Source: Pseudomonas aeruginosa
Lineage (GTDB): Bacteria > Pseudomonadota > Gammaproteobacteria > Pseudomonadales > Pseudomonadaceae
NCBI RefSeq assembly: GCF_001457615.1
Contig: NZ_LN831024.1
Location: 90,001-122,000 of the forward strand
Length of the DNA stretch: 32,000 bases
Reading direction: 5' to 3'
In this document: piece by piece, positions 9,650 through 18,121 of the stretch
How the letters are laid out: each line of letters starts with the position of its first letter
Numbering within the stretch: the first letter of the stretch is position 1
Position numbers and translations under genes: made by a program
Notes under the pieces: model-generated
What the model saw: only the letters and a program-made list of their open reading frames with translations
What the model was told of the DNA's origin: nothing
Databases searched by the model: none

Positions 9650-9791
9650 TGCTACTCCTTGCATTGCCAGCGCCCGGCTCTTCCAGGCGCTCACCCCCGT
9701 GCCCGAGGGATTTCGGTTCGCATCCAGGCTGGCCCGACGGCTTTCCGGCGTTTCGTCGCCTCGGGAAGACACATCGGGTGGTACCGGATTA

Positions 9792-9816
9792 TAAAAGACT
9801 AATCCTACGTCTTTTA
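9792..9816. promoter_or_regulatory. perfect 8-bp inverted repeat TAAAAGAC-N9-GTCTTTTA; in the fha1-sense RNA the loop is GUAGGAUUA (contains GGA)
   Basis: Direct read of the intergenic sequence, about 143 nt upstream of the fha1 start. Candidate RsmA/CsrA site or protein-binding palindrome. Confidence 0.5.
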
Positions 9817-9866
9817 AAGATTTGTCCGATCTGCGGTGTCATGCAACTAGTGGCGTTGTGCCTTCC

Positions 9867-9896
9867 TTGACAAGCCTTGCGGCATGCCACAAGAAT
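9867..9896 (+). promoter_or_regulatory. candidate sigma70-type promoter for the tssA1 operon: TTGACA, 18-nt spacer, AAGAAT
   Basis: Perfect -35 hexamer at 9867-9872 and a 4/6 match to the -10 at 9891-9896, in an AT-richer divergent intergenic region. Confidence 0.35.
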
Positions 9897-9941
9897 TTTG
9901 CCAACCTTTCGAGTCATCCGATATTCATCAATGGCTCCTAC

Positions 9942-9963
9942 AAGATCCGACGGAGTGGATCTT
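9942..9963 (+). promoter_or_regulatory. hairpin AAGATCC-GACGGAGT-GGATCTT with GGA in the loop, in the presumed tssA1 5' leader; candidate RsmA site
   Basis: Perfect 7-bp inverted repeat with an 8-nt loop containing ACGGAG, ending 53 nt before the tssA1 start. Confidence 0.5.
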
Positions 9964-10016
9964 ACAAGCGAAGGTGAGGGCCGCGCAGCGGCTTCGATGA
10001 TAGGGAGATCGTCACC

Positions 10017-11051
10017 GTGCTGGATGTACCCGTTTTGCTGGCTGCCGTATCCCCGGACTCGCCCTGTGGCGACGATCTGGAGTACGACGCCGCGTTCCTC
10101 GAACTCGAACGCATCGCCCAGGGCCAACCCGAGCGCCAGATGGGCGATGCCGTGCTGCCCGCCGAACCGCCGGAGTGGCCGCGCGTACGCGCGCTGGCCA
10201 GCGAACTGTTCGGCCGTAGCAAGGACCTGCGGGTAGCCAACCTGCTGCTGCAGAGCAACGTCGCCCTCGACGGCCTGGACGGGCTCGCCGACGGCCTGCT
10301 GCTGGTCCGCGAGCTGCTCGGCCAGTACTGGGACGGCGTCTATCCGCTGCTCGACGCCGATGACGACAACGACCCCACCTTCCGTATCAACGCCCTCACC
10401 GGCCTGGTCGCCGAACCGCTGCTGCAACTGGTCTGGGCGATCCCGCTGGTGCGCTCGCGGGCGTTCGGCCCGGTCAACCTGCGCGCCGCGCTGAACGCCG
10501 CCGGGCTGCAACGCTTCGCCAGCGAGACCCTGAGTCCCGAGCAGATCGCCGGCGCCTTCGCCGATGCCGACGCCGATGCGCTGGCCGCCACCCGGCGCGC
10601 CCTGGAAGGCGCCCAGGAACATGCCCTGGCCATCGAGAGCGGCGTCGCCGAACGGGTCGGCTCGGCCCAGGGACTCGACCTCGGTCCCCTTCGTCAACTG
10701 CTGCGCCAGGCCCTCCAGGTGTTCGACCTGTACGGCCCGCAGGGCGCCGGCGAGCCCTTGGCGCCGGGTGCCGAAGCGGCCGCCGACGAGCAGGGGGGCG
10801 CCGCGCCTGTCGCAGCCGTCGCCGCGCCGGCACCGCGAGCCAGCGGCGAGATCGCCAACCGCGAAGACGTCCTGCGCCAGCTCGACCGCCTGCTCGAGTA
10901 TTACGTTCGTCACGAGCCGTCGAGCCCGGTGCCGGTGCTGCTCAAGCGCGCCAAGACACTGGTGACGGCCGACTTCGCCGAAATCGTGAGGAATCTCATC
11001 CCCGATGGGATTTCCCAGTTCGAAACCCTGCGAGGCCCGGAAAGCGAGTAA
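10017..11051 (+). CDS. tssA1: TssA1 (ImpA-type) baseplate/sheath priming protein (344 aa, GTG start)
   Basis: MLDVPVLLAAVSPDSPCGDDLEYDAAFLELERIAQGQPERQMGD...EPPEWPRVRALASELF is the ImpA_N signature. Confidence 0.95.
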   Translation: MLDVPVLLAAVSPDSPCGDDLEYDAAFLELERIAQGQPERQMGDAVLPAEPPEWPRVRALASELFGRSKDLRVANLLLQSNVALDGLDGLADGLLLVRELLGQYWDGVYPLLDADDDNDPTFRINALTGLVAEPLLQLVWAIPLVRSRAFGPVNLRAALNAAGLQRFASETLSPEQIAGAFADADADALAATRRALEGAQEHALAIESGVAERVGSAQGLDLGPLRQLLRQALQVFDLYGPQGAGEPLAPGAEAAADEQGGAAPVAAVAAPAPRASGEIANREDVLRQLDRLLEYYVRHEPSSPVPVLLKRAKTLVTADFAEIVRNLIPDGISQFETLRGPESE

Positions 11052-11098
11052 CGCCTAGCGGCCGTCCGGGCCAACGCTGCAAGCCGCCGGGGCGATTC

Positions 11099-11122
11099 CG
11101 ACGGCGCTAACAACCGCCGTCG
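11099..11122 (+). other. intercistronic hairpin CGACGGCG-CTAACAAC-CGCCGTCG between tssA1 and tssB1
   Basis: Perfect 8-bp inverted repeat with an 8-nt loop, 17 nt upstream of the tssB1 ATG. Confidence 0.6.
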
Positions 11123-11139
11123 CGCGAGGGAGAAACAAG

Positions 11140-11658
11140 ATGGGAAGCACTACCAGCAGTCAGAAGTTCATCGCCAGGAACCGGGCGCCACGCGTGCAGA
11201 TCGAGTACGACGTGGAGTTGTACGGTGCCGAGAAGAAGGTCCAGCTGCCCTTCGTCATGGGCGTCATGGCCGACCTCGCCGGCAAGCCCGCCGAACCCCA
11301 GGCGGCGGTCGCCGACCGCAAGTTCCTGGAGATCGACGTGGACAACTTCGATGCCCGGCTGAAGGCGATGAAGCCGCGGGTGGCCTTCAACGTACCGAAC
11401 GTGCTGACCGGCGAAGGCAACCTGAGCCTGGACATCACCTTCGAGAGCATGGACGACTTCAGCCCCGCCGCGGTGGCGCGCAAGGTCGATTCGCTGAACA
11501 AGCTGCTCGAGGCGCGTACCCAGCTGGCCAACCTGCTGACCTACATGGACGGCAAGACCGGCGCCGAGGAAATGATCATGAAGGCGATCAAGGACCCGGC
11601 CCTGCTTCAGGCCCTGGCCAGCGCGCCGAAGCCCAAAGACGACGAGCCGCAGGCGTAA
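11140..11658 (+). CDS. tssB1: TssB1 (VipA/HsiB1) contractile sheath small subunit (172 aa)
   Basis: SSQKFIARNRAPRVQIEYDVELYGAEKKVQLPFVMGVMADLAG is the TssB family signature; good SD AGGGAG. Confidence 0.98.
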   Translation: MGSTTSSQKFIARNRAPRVQIEYDVELYGAEKKVQLPFVMGVMADLAGKPAEPQAAVADRKFLEIDVDNFDARLKAMKPRVAFNVPNVLTGEGNLSLDITFESMDDFSPAAVARKVDSLNKLLEARTQLANLLTYMDGKTGAEEMIMKAIKDPALLQALASAPKPKDDEPQA

Positions 11659-11670
11659 GAGGATTCCAGC

Positions 11671-13167
11671 ATGGCCGAATTGAGCACCGAGAACCTGGCC
11701 CAGGGCCAGACCACCACCGAGCAGACCAGTGAGTTCGCCAGCCTGCTGCTGCAGGAGTTCAAGCCCAAGACCGAGCGCGCCCGCGAAGCGGTGGAGACCG
11801 CCGTGCGGACCCTCGCCGAGCATGCCCTGGAGCAGACCAGCCTGATCTCCAACGACGCGATCAAGTCGATCGAGTCGATCATCGCGGCGATCGACGCCAA
11901 GCTCACCGCGCAGGTCAACCTGATCATGCACCACGCCGACTTCCAGCAACTGGAAAGCGCCTGGCGCGGCCTGCACTACCTGGTCAACAACACCGAGACC
12001 GACGAGCAACTGAAGATCCGCGTGCTGAACATCTCCAAGCCGGAGCTGCACAAGACCCTGAAGAAATTCAAGGGCACCACCTGGGACCAGAGCCCGATCT
12101 TCAAGAAGCTCTACGAAGAGGAATACGGCCAGTTCGGCGGCGAGCCCTATGGCTGCCTGGTCGGCGACTACTACTTCGACCAGTCGCCGCCGGACGTCGA
12201 GCTGCTCGGCGAGATGGCGAAGATCTCCGCCGCCATGCACGCGCCGTTCATTTCCGCCGCCTCGCCGACGGTGATGGGCATGGGTTCCTGGCAGGAACTG
12301 TCCAACCCGCGCGACCTGACCAAGATCTTCACCACCCCGGAATACGCCGGCTGGCGTTCGCTGCGCGAGTCCGAGGACTCCCGCTACATCGGCCTGACCA
12401 TGCCGCGCTTCCTGGCGCGCCTGCCCTACGGGGCGAAGACCGATCCGGTGGAAGAGTTCGCCTTCGAGGAAGAAACCGACGGCGCCGACAGCAGCAAGTA
12501 CGCCTGGGCCAACTCGGCCTACGCGATGGCGGTCAACATCAACCGCTCCTTCAAGCTCTACGGCTGGTGCTCGCGGATCCGCGGCGTCGAGTCCGGCGGC
12601 GAGGTGCAGGGCCTGCCGGCGCACACCTTCCCCACCGACGACGGCGGCGTGGACATGAAGTGCCCGACCGAGATCGCCATTTCCGACCGCCGCGAGGCGG
12701 AGCTGGCGAAGAACGGCTTCATGCCGCTGCTGCACAAGAAGAACACCGACTTCGCCGCCTTCATCGGCGCGCAGTCGCTGCAGAAACCCGCCGAGTACGA
12801 CGATCCGGACGCCACCGCCAACGCCAACCTGGCGGCGCGCCTGCCCTACCTGTTCGCCACCTGCCGCTTCGCCCATTACCTGAAGTGCATCGTTCGCGAC
12901 AAGATCGGTTCCTTCAAGGAGAAGGACGAGATGCAGCGCTGGCTGCAGGACTGGATCCTCAACTACGTCGACGGCGACCCGGCCCACTCCACCGAGACCA
13001 CCAAGGCCCAGCACCCGCTGGCGGCGGCCGAAGTGGTGGTGGAGGAAGTCGAAGGCAATCCGGGTTACTACAACTCGAAGTTCTTCCTTCGCCCGCACTA
13101 CCAGCTCGAGGGACTGACGGTATCGCTACGCCTGGTATCCAAGCTGCCTTCGGCCAAAGAGGCCTGA
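11671..13167 (+). CDS. tssC1: TssC1 (VipB/HsiC1) contractile sheath large subunit (498 aa)
   Basis: TssC signature (WRGLHYLVNNTETDEQLKIRVLNISKPEL; GCLVGDYYFDQSPPDVELL; FLARLPYG; CRFAHYLKCIVRDKIG). Confidence 0.98.
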   Translation: MAELSTENLAQGQTTTEQTSEFASLLLQEFKPKTERAREAVETAVRTLAEHALEQTSLISNDAIKSIESIIAAIDAKLTAQVNLIMHHADFQQLESAWRGLHYLVNNTETDEQLKIRVLNISKPELHKTLKKFKGTTWDQSPIFKKLYEEEYGQFGGEPYGCLVGDYYFDQSPPDVELLGEMAKISAAMHAPFISAASPTVMGMGSWQELSNPRDLTKIFTTPEYAGWRSLRESEDSRYIGLTMPRFLARLPYGAKTDPVEEFAFEEETDGADSSKYAWANSAYAMAVNINRSFKLYGWCSRIRGVESGGEVQGLPAHTFPTDDGGVDMKCPTEIAISDRREAELAKNGFMPLLHKKNTDFAAFIGAQSLQKPAEYDDPDATANANLAARLPYLFATCRFAHYLKCIVRDKIGSFKEKDEMQRWLQDWILNYVDGDPAHSTETTKAQHPLAAAEVVVEEVEGNPGYYNSKFFLRPHYQLEGLTVSLRLVSKLPSAKEA

Positions 13168-13180
13168 GGCATTCAACGAC

Positions 13181-13205
13181 AGCGCCTGCCATGGTGGCGG
13201 GCGCT
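13181..13205 (+). other. 10-pair hairpin between tssC1 and hcp1: AGCGCCTGCC-ATGGT-GGCGGGCGCT
   Basis: Direct read; 9 Watson-Crick pairs and 1 G-U pair, 5-nt loop. Confidence 0.6.
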
Positions 13206-13216
13206 TGCATAGCGTA

Positions 13217-13230
13217 GTGGCGCGAGCCAC
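13217..13230 (+). other. GNRA-tetraloop hairpin GTGGC-GCGA-GCCAC directly upstream of the hcp1 Shine-Dalgarno
   Basis: Perfect 5-bp stem, GCGA loop; SD GGGAGG follows a few nt downstream. Confidence 0.55.
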
Positions 13231-13242
13231 ACGGGAGGAAAG

Positions 13243-13731
13243 ATGGCTGTTGATATGTTCATCAAGATCGGCGACGTCAAGGGTGAGTCCAAGGACAAGA
13301 CTCACGCCGAGGAAATCGACGTGCTGGCATGGAGCTGGGGCATGTCCCAGTCCGGGTCGATGCACATGGGCGGTGGCGGCGGCGCCGGCAAGGTCAACGT
13401 GCAGGACCTGTCGTTCACCAAGTACATCGACAAGTCCACGCCCAACCTGATGATGGCCTGCTCCAGCGGCAAGCACTATCCGCAGGCGAAGCTGACCATC
13501 CGCAAGGCCGGCGGCGAGAACCAGGTCGAGTACCTGATCATCACCCTGAAGGAAGTCCTGGTGTCCTCGGTGAGCACCGGCGGCAGCGGTGGCGAGGATC
13601 GCCTGACCGAGAACGTGACCCTGAACTTCGCCCAGGTCCAGGTCGACTACCAGCCGCAGAAGGCGGATGGCGCGAAGGACGGCGGTCCGGTCAAGTACGG
13701 CTGGAACATCCGCCAGAACGTGCAGGCCTGA
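13243..13731 (+). CDS. hcp1: Hcp1 inner tube protein (162 aa)
   Basis: MAVDMFIKIGDVKGESKDKTHAEEIDVLAWSWGMSQSGSMHMGGGGGAGKVNVQDLSFTKYIDKSTP is the Hcp1 sequence type. Confidence 0.99.
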   Translation: MAVDMFIKIGDVKGESKDKTHAEEIDVLAWSWGMSQSGSMHMGGGGGAGKVNVQDLSFTKYIDKSTPNLMMACSSGKHYPQAKLTIRKAGGENQVEYLIITLKEVLVSSVSTGGSGGEDRLTENVTLNFAQVQVDYQPQKADGAKDGGPVKYGWNIRQNVQA

Positions 13732-13740
13732 TGAGCCGGC

Positions 13741-13779
13741 TGCCGGTCATGGCGTGGCCAGGCCATGCCGTGGCCGGTG
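13741..13779 (+). other. strong hairpin 10 nt after the hcp1 stop (18 contiguous pairs including 5 G-U, 3-nt loop)
   Basis: TGCCGGTCATGGCGTGGC pairs with GCCATGCCGTGGCCGGTG around loop CAG; no following T-tract. Confidence 0.6.
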
Positions 13780-13958
13780 CGAGCGCCCGCCATGCCGGGT
13801 GCCGAAGGCGCGCGCGGCGCGCCGCGGACCTCGTCCGCCCGACCTCCTGCCGGAGGTACTGAATTCCACCGGGTCGTCCGTCGCGTCCGCCGGGCGCCAT
13901 GGCCGACCCTTCATTCGCATCCGGGCGCCTGGGCTCCCGGCTACAGGGAAGTATCGCG

Positions 13959-14744
13959 ATGATCGCCGAAGAACTGTTGCGCGCCGGGCGCCTGGACGAT
14001 GCCTTGAAAGCCTTGCAGGAACAGGTGCGCAGCCAGCCGTCGAACGCTACCCTGCGGATCTTCCTGTTCCAGCTGCTGGCCGTGATGGGCCAGTGGGCGC
14101 GGGCGCAGAACCAGCTCAAGGTGGTCGGCGAACTGGATGCCTCGGCGCTGCCGATGGTACAGACCTACTCCACCGCCATCGACTGCGAGGCGCTGCGCCG
14201 CGAGGTGTTCGCCGGGCGCCTGACGCCGGTGATCCTCGGCCAGCCGGCGGAATGGATCGCGCCGCTGTTGCAGGCCCTGAGCCTGGACGCCGAAGGCCAT
14301 GGCGAGGCCGCCCAGGCCCTGCGCGAACAGGCCTTCGACGCCGCGCCGGCGGTGCCCGGGCGGATCGGCGAAGCGCCGTTCGCCTGGCTGGCGGATGCCG
14401 ACACGCGCCTCGGCCCGGTGCTCGAGGTAATCGTCAACGGTCGCTATGCCTGGTTGCCGATGAGCAACCTGCGCAGCCTCAAGGTCGAGGCGCCGAGCGA
14501 CCTGCGCGATCTGGTCTGGCTGCCGGCCGAACTGACCCTGGCCAACGGTGGCGCCACCGTCGCGCTGCTGCCGGCGCGCTACGCGGAAACCGTCGAGCAC
14601 GGCGACGACGCCGCGCGCCTGGGGCGCAAGACCGAATGGCTGGACAGCGGCCTGCCGGTCGGCCAGCGGCTGTTCGTCACCGATGCCGGCGAGACCGCGC
14701 TGTTCGACCTGCGTGAACTGGACTTCGAGCCGACGGACGCCTGA
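13959..14744 (+). CDS. tagJ1: TagJ1 (HsiE1), ImpE-family TssB-interacting accessory protein (261 aa)
   Basis: [53 protein letters not shown] is an ImpE/TagJ N-terminus; CAGGGA SD-like element precedes the ATG at 13959. Confidence 0.92.
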
Positions 14745-14745
14745 C

Positions 14746-15255
14746 ATGGCCGAACTGACCCTCCAGGAGCGCCTGCAGCCGTCGCTGCTCGACCGCCTCA
14801 CCGACGATGAGCCGGGCAACCTCAAGGAAGCCGCGGAGCGCCGGGTGCTGACCCTGAACCAGCTGAAGGCCTCGGTGCTGCGCGACCTGGCGTGGCTGTT
14901 CAACACCACTTCGCTGTTCGACCACGGCCCCGCCGCACGGATGCCGGCCGGCAACTCGGTGCTCAACTACGGGCTGCCGGCGCTGGCCGGGCACACCGCG
15001 TCGAGCGTCGACGTGCATGCCATCGAGGCGCTGCTCACCGAGACCATCGCCACCTTCGAGCCGCGCATCATCCGTTCTTCGTTGCGGGTGCGCGCGCAAC
15101 TGCTGCCCGGCGAGATGGACCACAACGCCCTGAGCTTCGAGATCGAGGGCGACCTCTGGGCCGAACCGGCGCCGCTGCGCCTGCTGCTGACCACCAACCT
15201 GGACCTGGAGACCGGCCACGTGCGCGTCGCCCAGGGCGAGCGGAGGCGTACATGA
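14746..15255 (+). CDS. tssE1: TssE1 gp25-like baseplate protein (169 aa)
   Basis: [21 protein letters not shown]...[10 protein letters not shown]...[12 protein letters not shown] gp25/lysozyme-like signature; tracked ORF 14548..15255 is overextended. Confidence 0.95.
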
Positions 15256-17111
15256 ACCCGCGCCTGCTCGAGTACTACAACCAGGAATTGCAACACATCC
15301 GCGAAAGCGCCGCGGAGTTCGCCGAGGAATTCCCGAAGATCGCCGGGCGCCTGTCGCTGTCCGGCTTCGAGTGCGCCGACCCCTACGTCGAGCGCCTGCT
15401 GGAAGGCTTCGCCTATCTCACAGCGCGGGTCCAGCTGAAGCTCGACGCGGAGTACCCGACCTTCACCCACAACCTGTTGGAAATCGCCTACCCGCACTAC
15501 CTGGCGCCGACCCCGTCGATGACCGTGGTGCAGTTGCGCCCGGCCCCCAACGAAGGCGCCCTGAGCAGCGGCTTCAGCGTCGAGCGCGGGGCCTCCCTGC
15601 GCGGCCAGCTCGGCCCCGATGACCAGACCGCCTGCGAATACCGCACCGCCCACCCGGTGACCCTGTGGCCGCTGGAAGTGGCCCAGGCCGACTACTTCGG
15701 CAATCCCGCCGCGGTGCTCGGCCGCCTCGCCGCCAGCGAGCCGCGGGCCAAGGCCGGCCTGCGCATCCGCCTGCGCAGCGGCGCCGGCATCCCGTTCGAC
15801 AGCCTGTCGCTGGACGCCCTGCCGCTCTACCTGCACGGCGCCGACGAACAACCCTACCGCCTCTACGAACAATTGCTCGGCAACGCCTGCGCGGTGTTCG
15901 TCCGCGCCCCGGACAATGCCTGGGTCGAACGCCTGCCGACGAGCAGCCTGCGTGCGCGCGGCTTCGACGACGAGGACGCGCTGCTGCCGGTGGTGCCGCG
16001 GGCGTTCCAGGGCTACCGCCTGCTGCAGGAATACTTCGCCCTGCCGGCGCGCTTCCTGTTCGTCGAGTTCTCCGGCCTGAACCGCGCCCTGCGTCGATGC
16101 CACGGCGAGGAGCTGGAACTGGTCGTGCTGTTCGGCAAGCACGACCAGCGCCTGGAGGGCACGGTGGACGCGGAGCAACTGGTGCCGTTCTGCACCCCGG
16201 CGATCAACCTGTTCCCGCGCCGCTGCGACCGCATCCACCTGTCCGACCGGGTCAACGAGCATCACGTGATCGTCGACCGCACCCGTCCGCTGGATTTCGA
16301 GGTGCATTCGCTGCAACAGGTGAGCGGCCACGGCAGCGGTCCGGAGCAACCCTTCCAACCGTTCTATGCGGTGCGCGACCCGGCGCGCTACGGCCGCGAG
16401 CAGGCCTACTTCAGCGTGCGCCGCGAACCGCGCGTGCTGTCCAGCAAGCAGCGGCGCAAGGGCCCGCGCTCGACCTACGTCGGCAGCGAGACCTTCGTCG
16501 CCCTGGTCGACGCCAACCAGGCGCCCTATCGCCACGACCTGCGCCAGCTCGGCATCGCCGCGCTGTGCACCAACCGCGACCTGCCGCTGTTCATGCCGAT
16601 CGGCGCGCACAAGAGCGACTTCACCCTGGAGGACAGCGCGCCGGTCATGCAGGTGCGCTGCCTCGCCGGACCGAGCCGGCCGCGCGCCAGCCGTGCCCAC
16701 GATGCCAGCGCCTGGCGGCTGATCAGCCAGCTGTCGCTGAACTACCTGTCGCTGGCCGAGCGCGGCCAGGGCGCCGCCGCCCTGCGCGAGCTGCTGCGGC
16801 TCTACGGCGACAGCGGCGATCCGGCGCTGCAATTGCAGATCGAGGGCCTGCGCGAGGTCAGCAGCAAGCCTTGCACGCGGCGCCTGCCGATGCCCGGGCC
16901 GATCGTCTTCGGCCGTGGCCTGGAGATCACCCTGGACTTCGACGAGAACGCGTTCCGCGGCACCGGGGTGTTCCTTCTCGGCGCTGTGTTCGAGCGCTTC
17001 CTGGCACGCTACGTGTCGATCAACAGCTTTACCGAGACGGTGCTGCGCACCGGCGAACGGGGCGAGGTGATGAGATGGCAGGCGAAGCCGGGCAGCCGTC
17101 CGAACCTCTGA
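15252..17111 (+). CDS. tssF1: TssF1 baseplate protein (619 aa)
   Basis: [65 protein letters not shown] is the TssF/VasA signature; overlaps the tssE1 stop by 4 nt. Confidence 0.97.
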
Positions 17112-18121
17112 ACCTGCTCGCCGGGATGGCGGCGGCGCCCTGGGACTATGACTTCTTCCAGGCGCTGCGGCGCATCGAGTGCGAGTCGCCGCAACTGCCG
17201 CGCCTCGGTCATTCGGTGCGGCTGGCGGACGACCCGCTGCGTCTCGGGCAGAAGCCCGACTGCACCTTCGCGCCCTCGACCCTGGCCTCGGTGAGCCAGG
17301 CCGGCACCGCTGCGGTGCCGCGCCTGGACCAGTTCTTCTTCGGCCTCACCGGCCCCAACGGGCCGCTGCCGCTGCACCTCACCGAATACGCCCGGGAACG
17401 CCAGCGCAACGTCAACGACGCGACCTTCAAGCGCTTCATGGACGTCTTCCACCACCGCCTGCTGACCCTGTTCTACCGGGCCTGGGCCGAGGCGCGGCCG
17501 GAGATCAGCCACGACCGGATCGACGACGACTACTGGTCGGCGCGCCTCGCCGCGCTCTCCGGGCGCGGCATGCCGAGCCTGCGGGGGCGCGAGCCGCTGG
17601 CGGATACCGCACGCTACTACTACACCGGCCACCTCGCCGCGCAGACCCGCTACCCGGACGGCCTGCGGGTGATCCTCGCGGAGTATTTCGAGGTCCCGGT
17701 GGCGGTCGAGGAATACGTCGGCCAATGGCTGGAGCTGCCCGAGCGCAGCCGCCTCGGCGTCGACTCGACGAGCCTGGGCATGGACGTCTGCCTGGGCACC
17801 CACGTCTGGGACCGCCAGCACAAGTTCCGCCTGCGCCTGGGGCCGCTGGACCTCGATCAATACCAGCGCTTCCTGCCCGACGGCGACCACTTCGTCGAGC
17901 TGGCCGCCTGGGTCGCCGAATACCTGGGCGAGGAGCTGGACTGGGACGTCAACCTGGTCCTGCAACGCCACGAAGTACCCCCGCTGGGCCTGCAGGGCGG
18001 CGGGCGGCTCGGTTTCAACACCTGGCTGGGCGATCCCGGCCAGGACGCCAGGGATCTACTGCTGGCCCGCCAGTACGCCACTGCGCGGCCGCACGAGCAC
18101 AAGGAGAAGGAACATGAGTGA
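17075..18121 (+). CDS. tssG1: TssG1 baseplate protein (348 aa)
   Basis: [59 protein letters not shown] is the TssG/ImpH/VasB signature; the start overlaps tssF1. Confidence 0.95.
   Translation: MAGEAGQPSEPLNLLAGMAAAPWDYDFFQALRRIECESPQLPRLGHSVRLADDPLRLGQKPDCTFAPSTLASVSQAGTAAVPRLDQFFFGLTGPNGPLPLHLTEYARERQRNVNDATFKRFMDVFHHRLLTLFYRAWAEARPEISHDRIDDDYWSARLAALSGRGMPSLRGREPLADTARYYYTGHLAAQTRYPDGLRVILAEYFEVPVAVEEYVGQWLELPERSRLGVDSTSLGMDVCLGTHVWDRQHKFRLRLGPLDLDQYQRFLPDGDHFVELAAWVAEYLGEELDWDVNLVLQRHEVPPLGLQGGGRLGFNTWLGDPGQDARDLLLARQYATARPHEHKEKEHE

Noticed and set aside
9650-9772. Upstream extension of fha1 to the tracked start at 9772 (MSSRGDETPESRR...)
   Set aside because: A good SD (AAGGAG) directly precedes MPLRLTITSYHK at 9649, and the extension looks non-conserved and intergenic.
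13899-13958. Upstream extension of tagJ1 to 13899
   Set aside because: The ImpE/TagJ-like protein begins at [12 protein letters not shown] (13959) with a suitable SD-like CAGGGA upstream.
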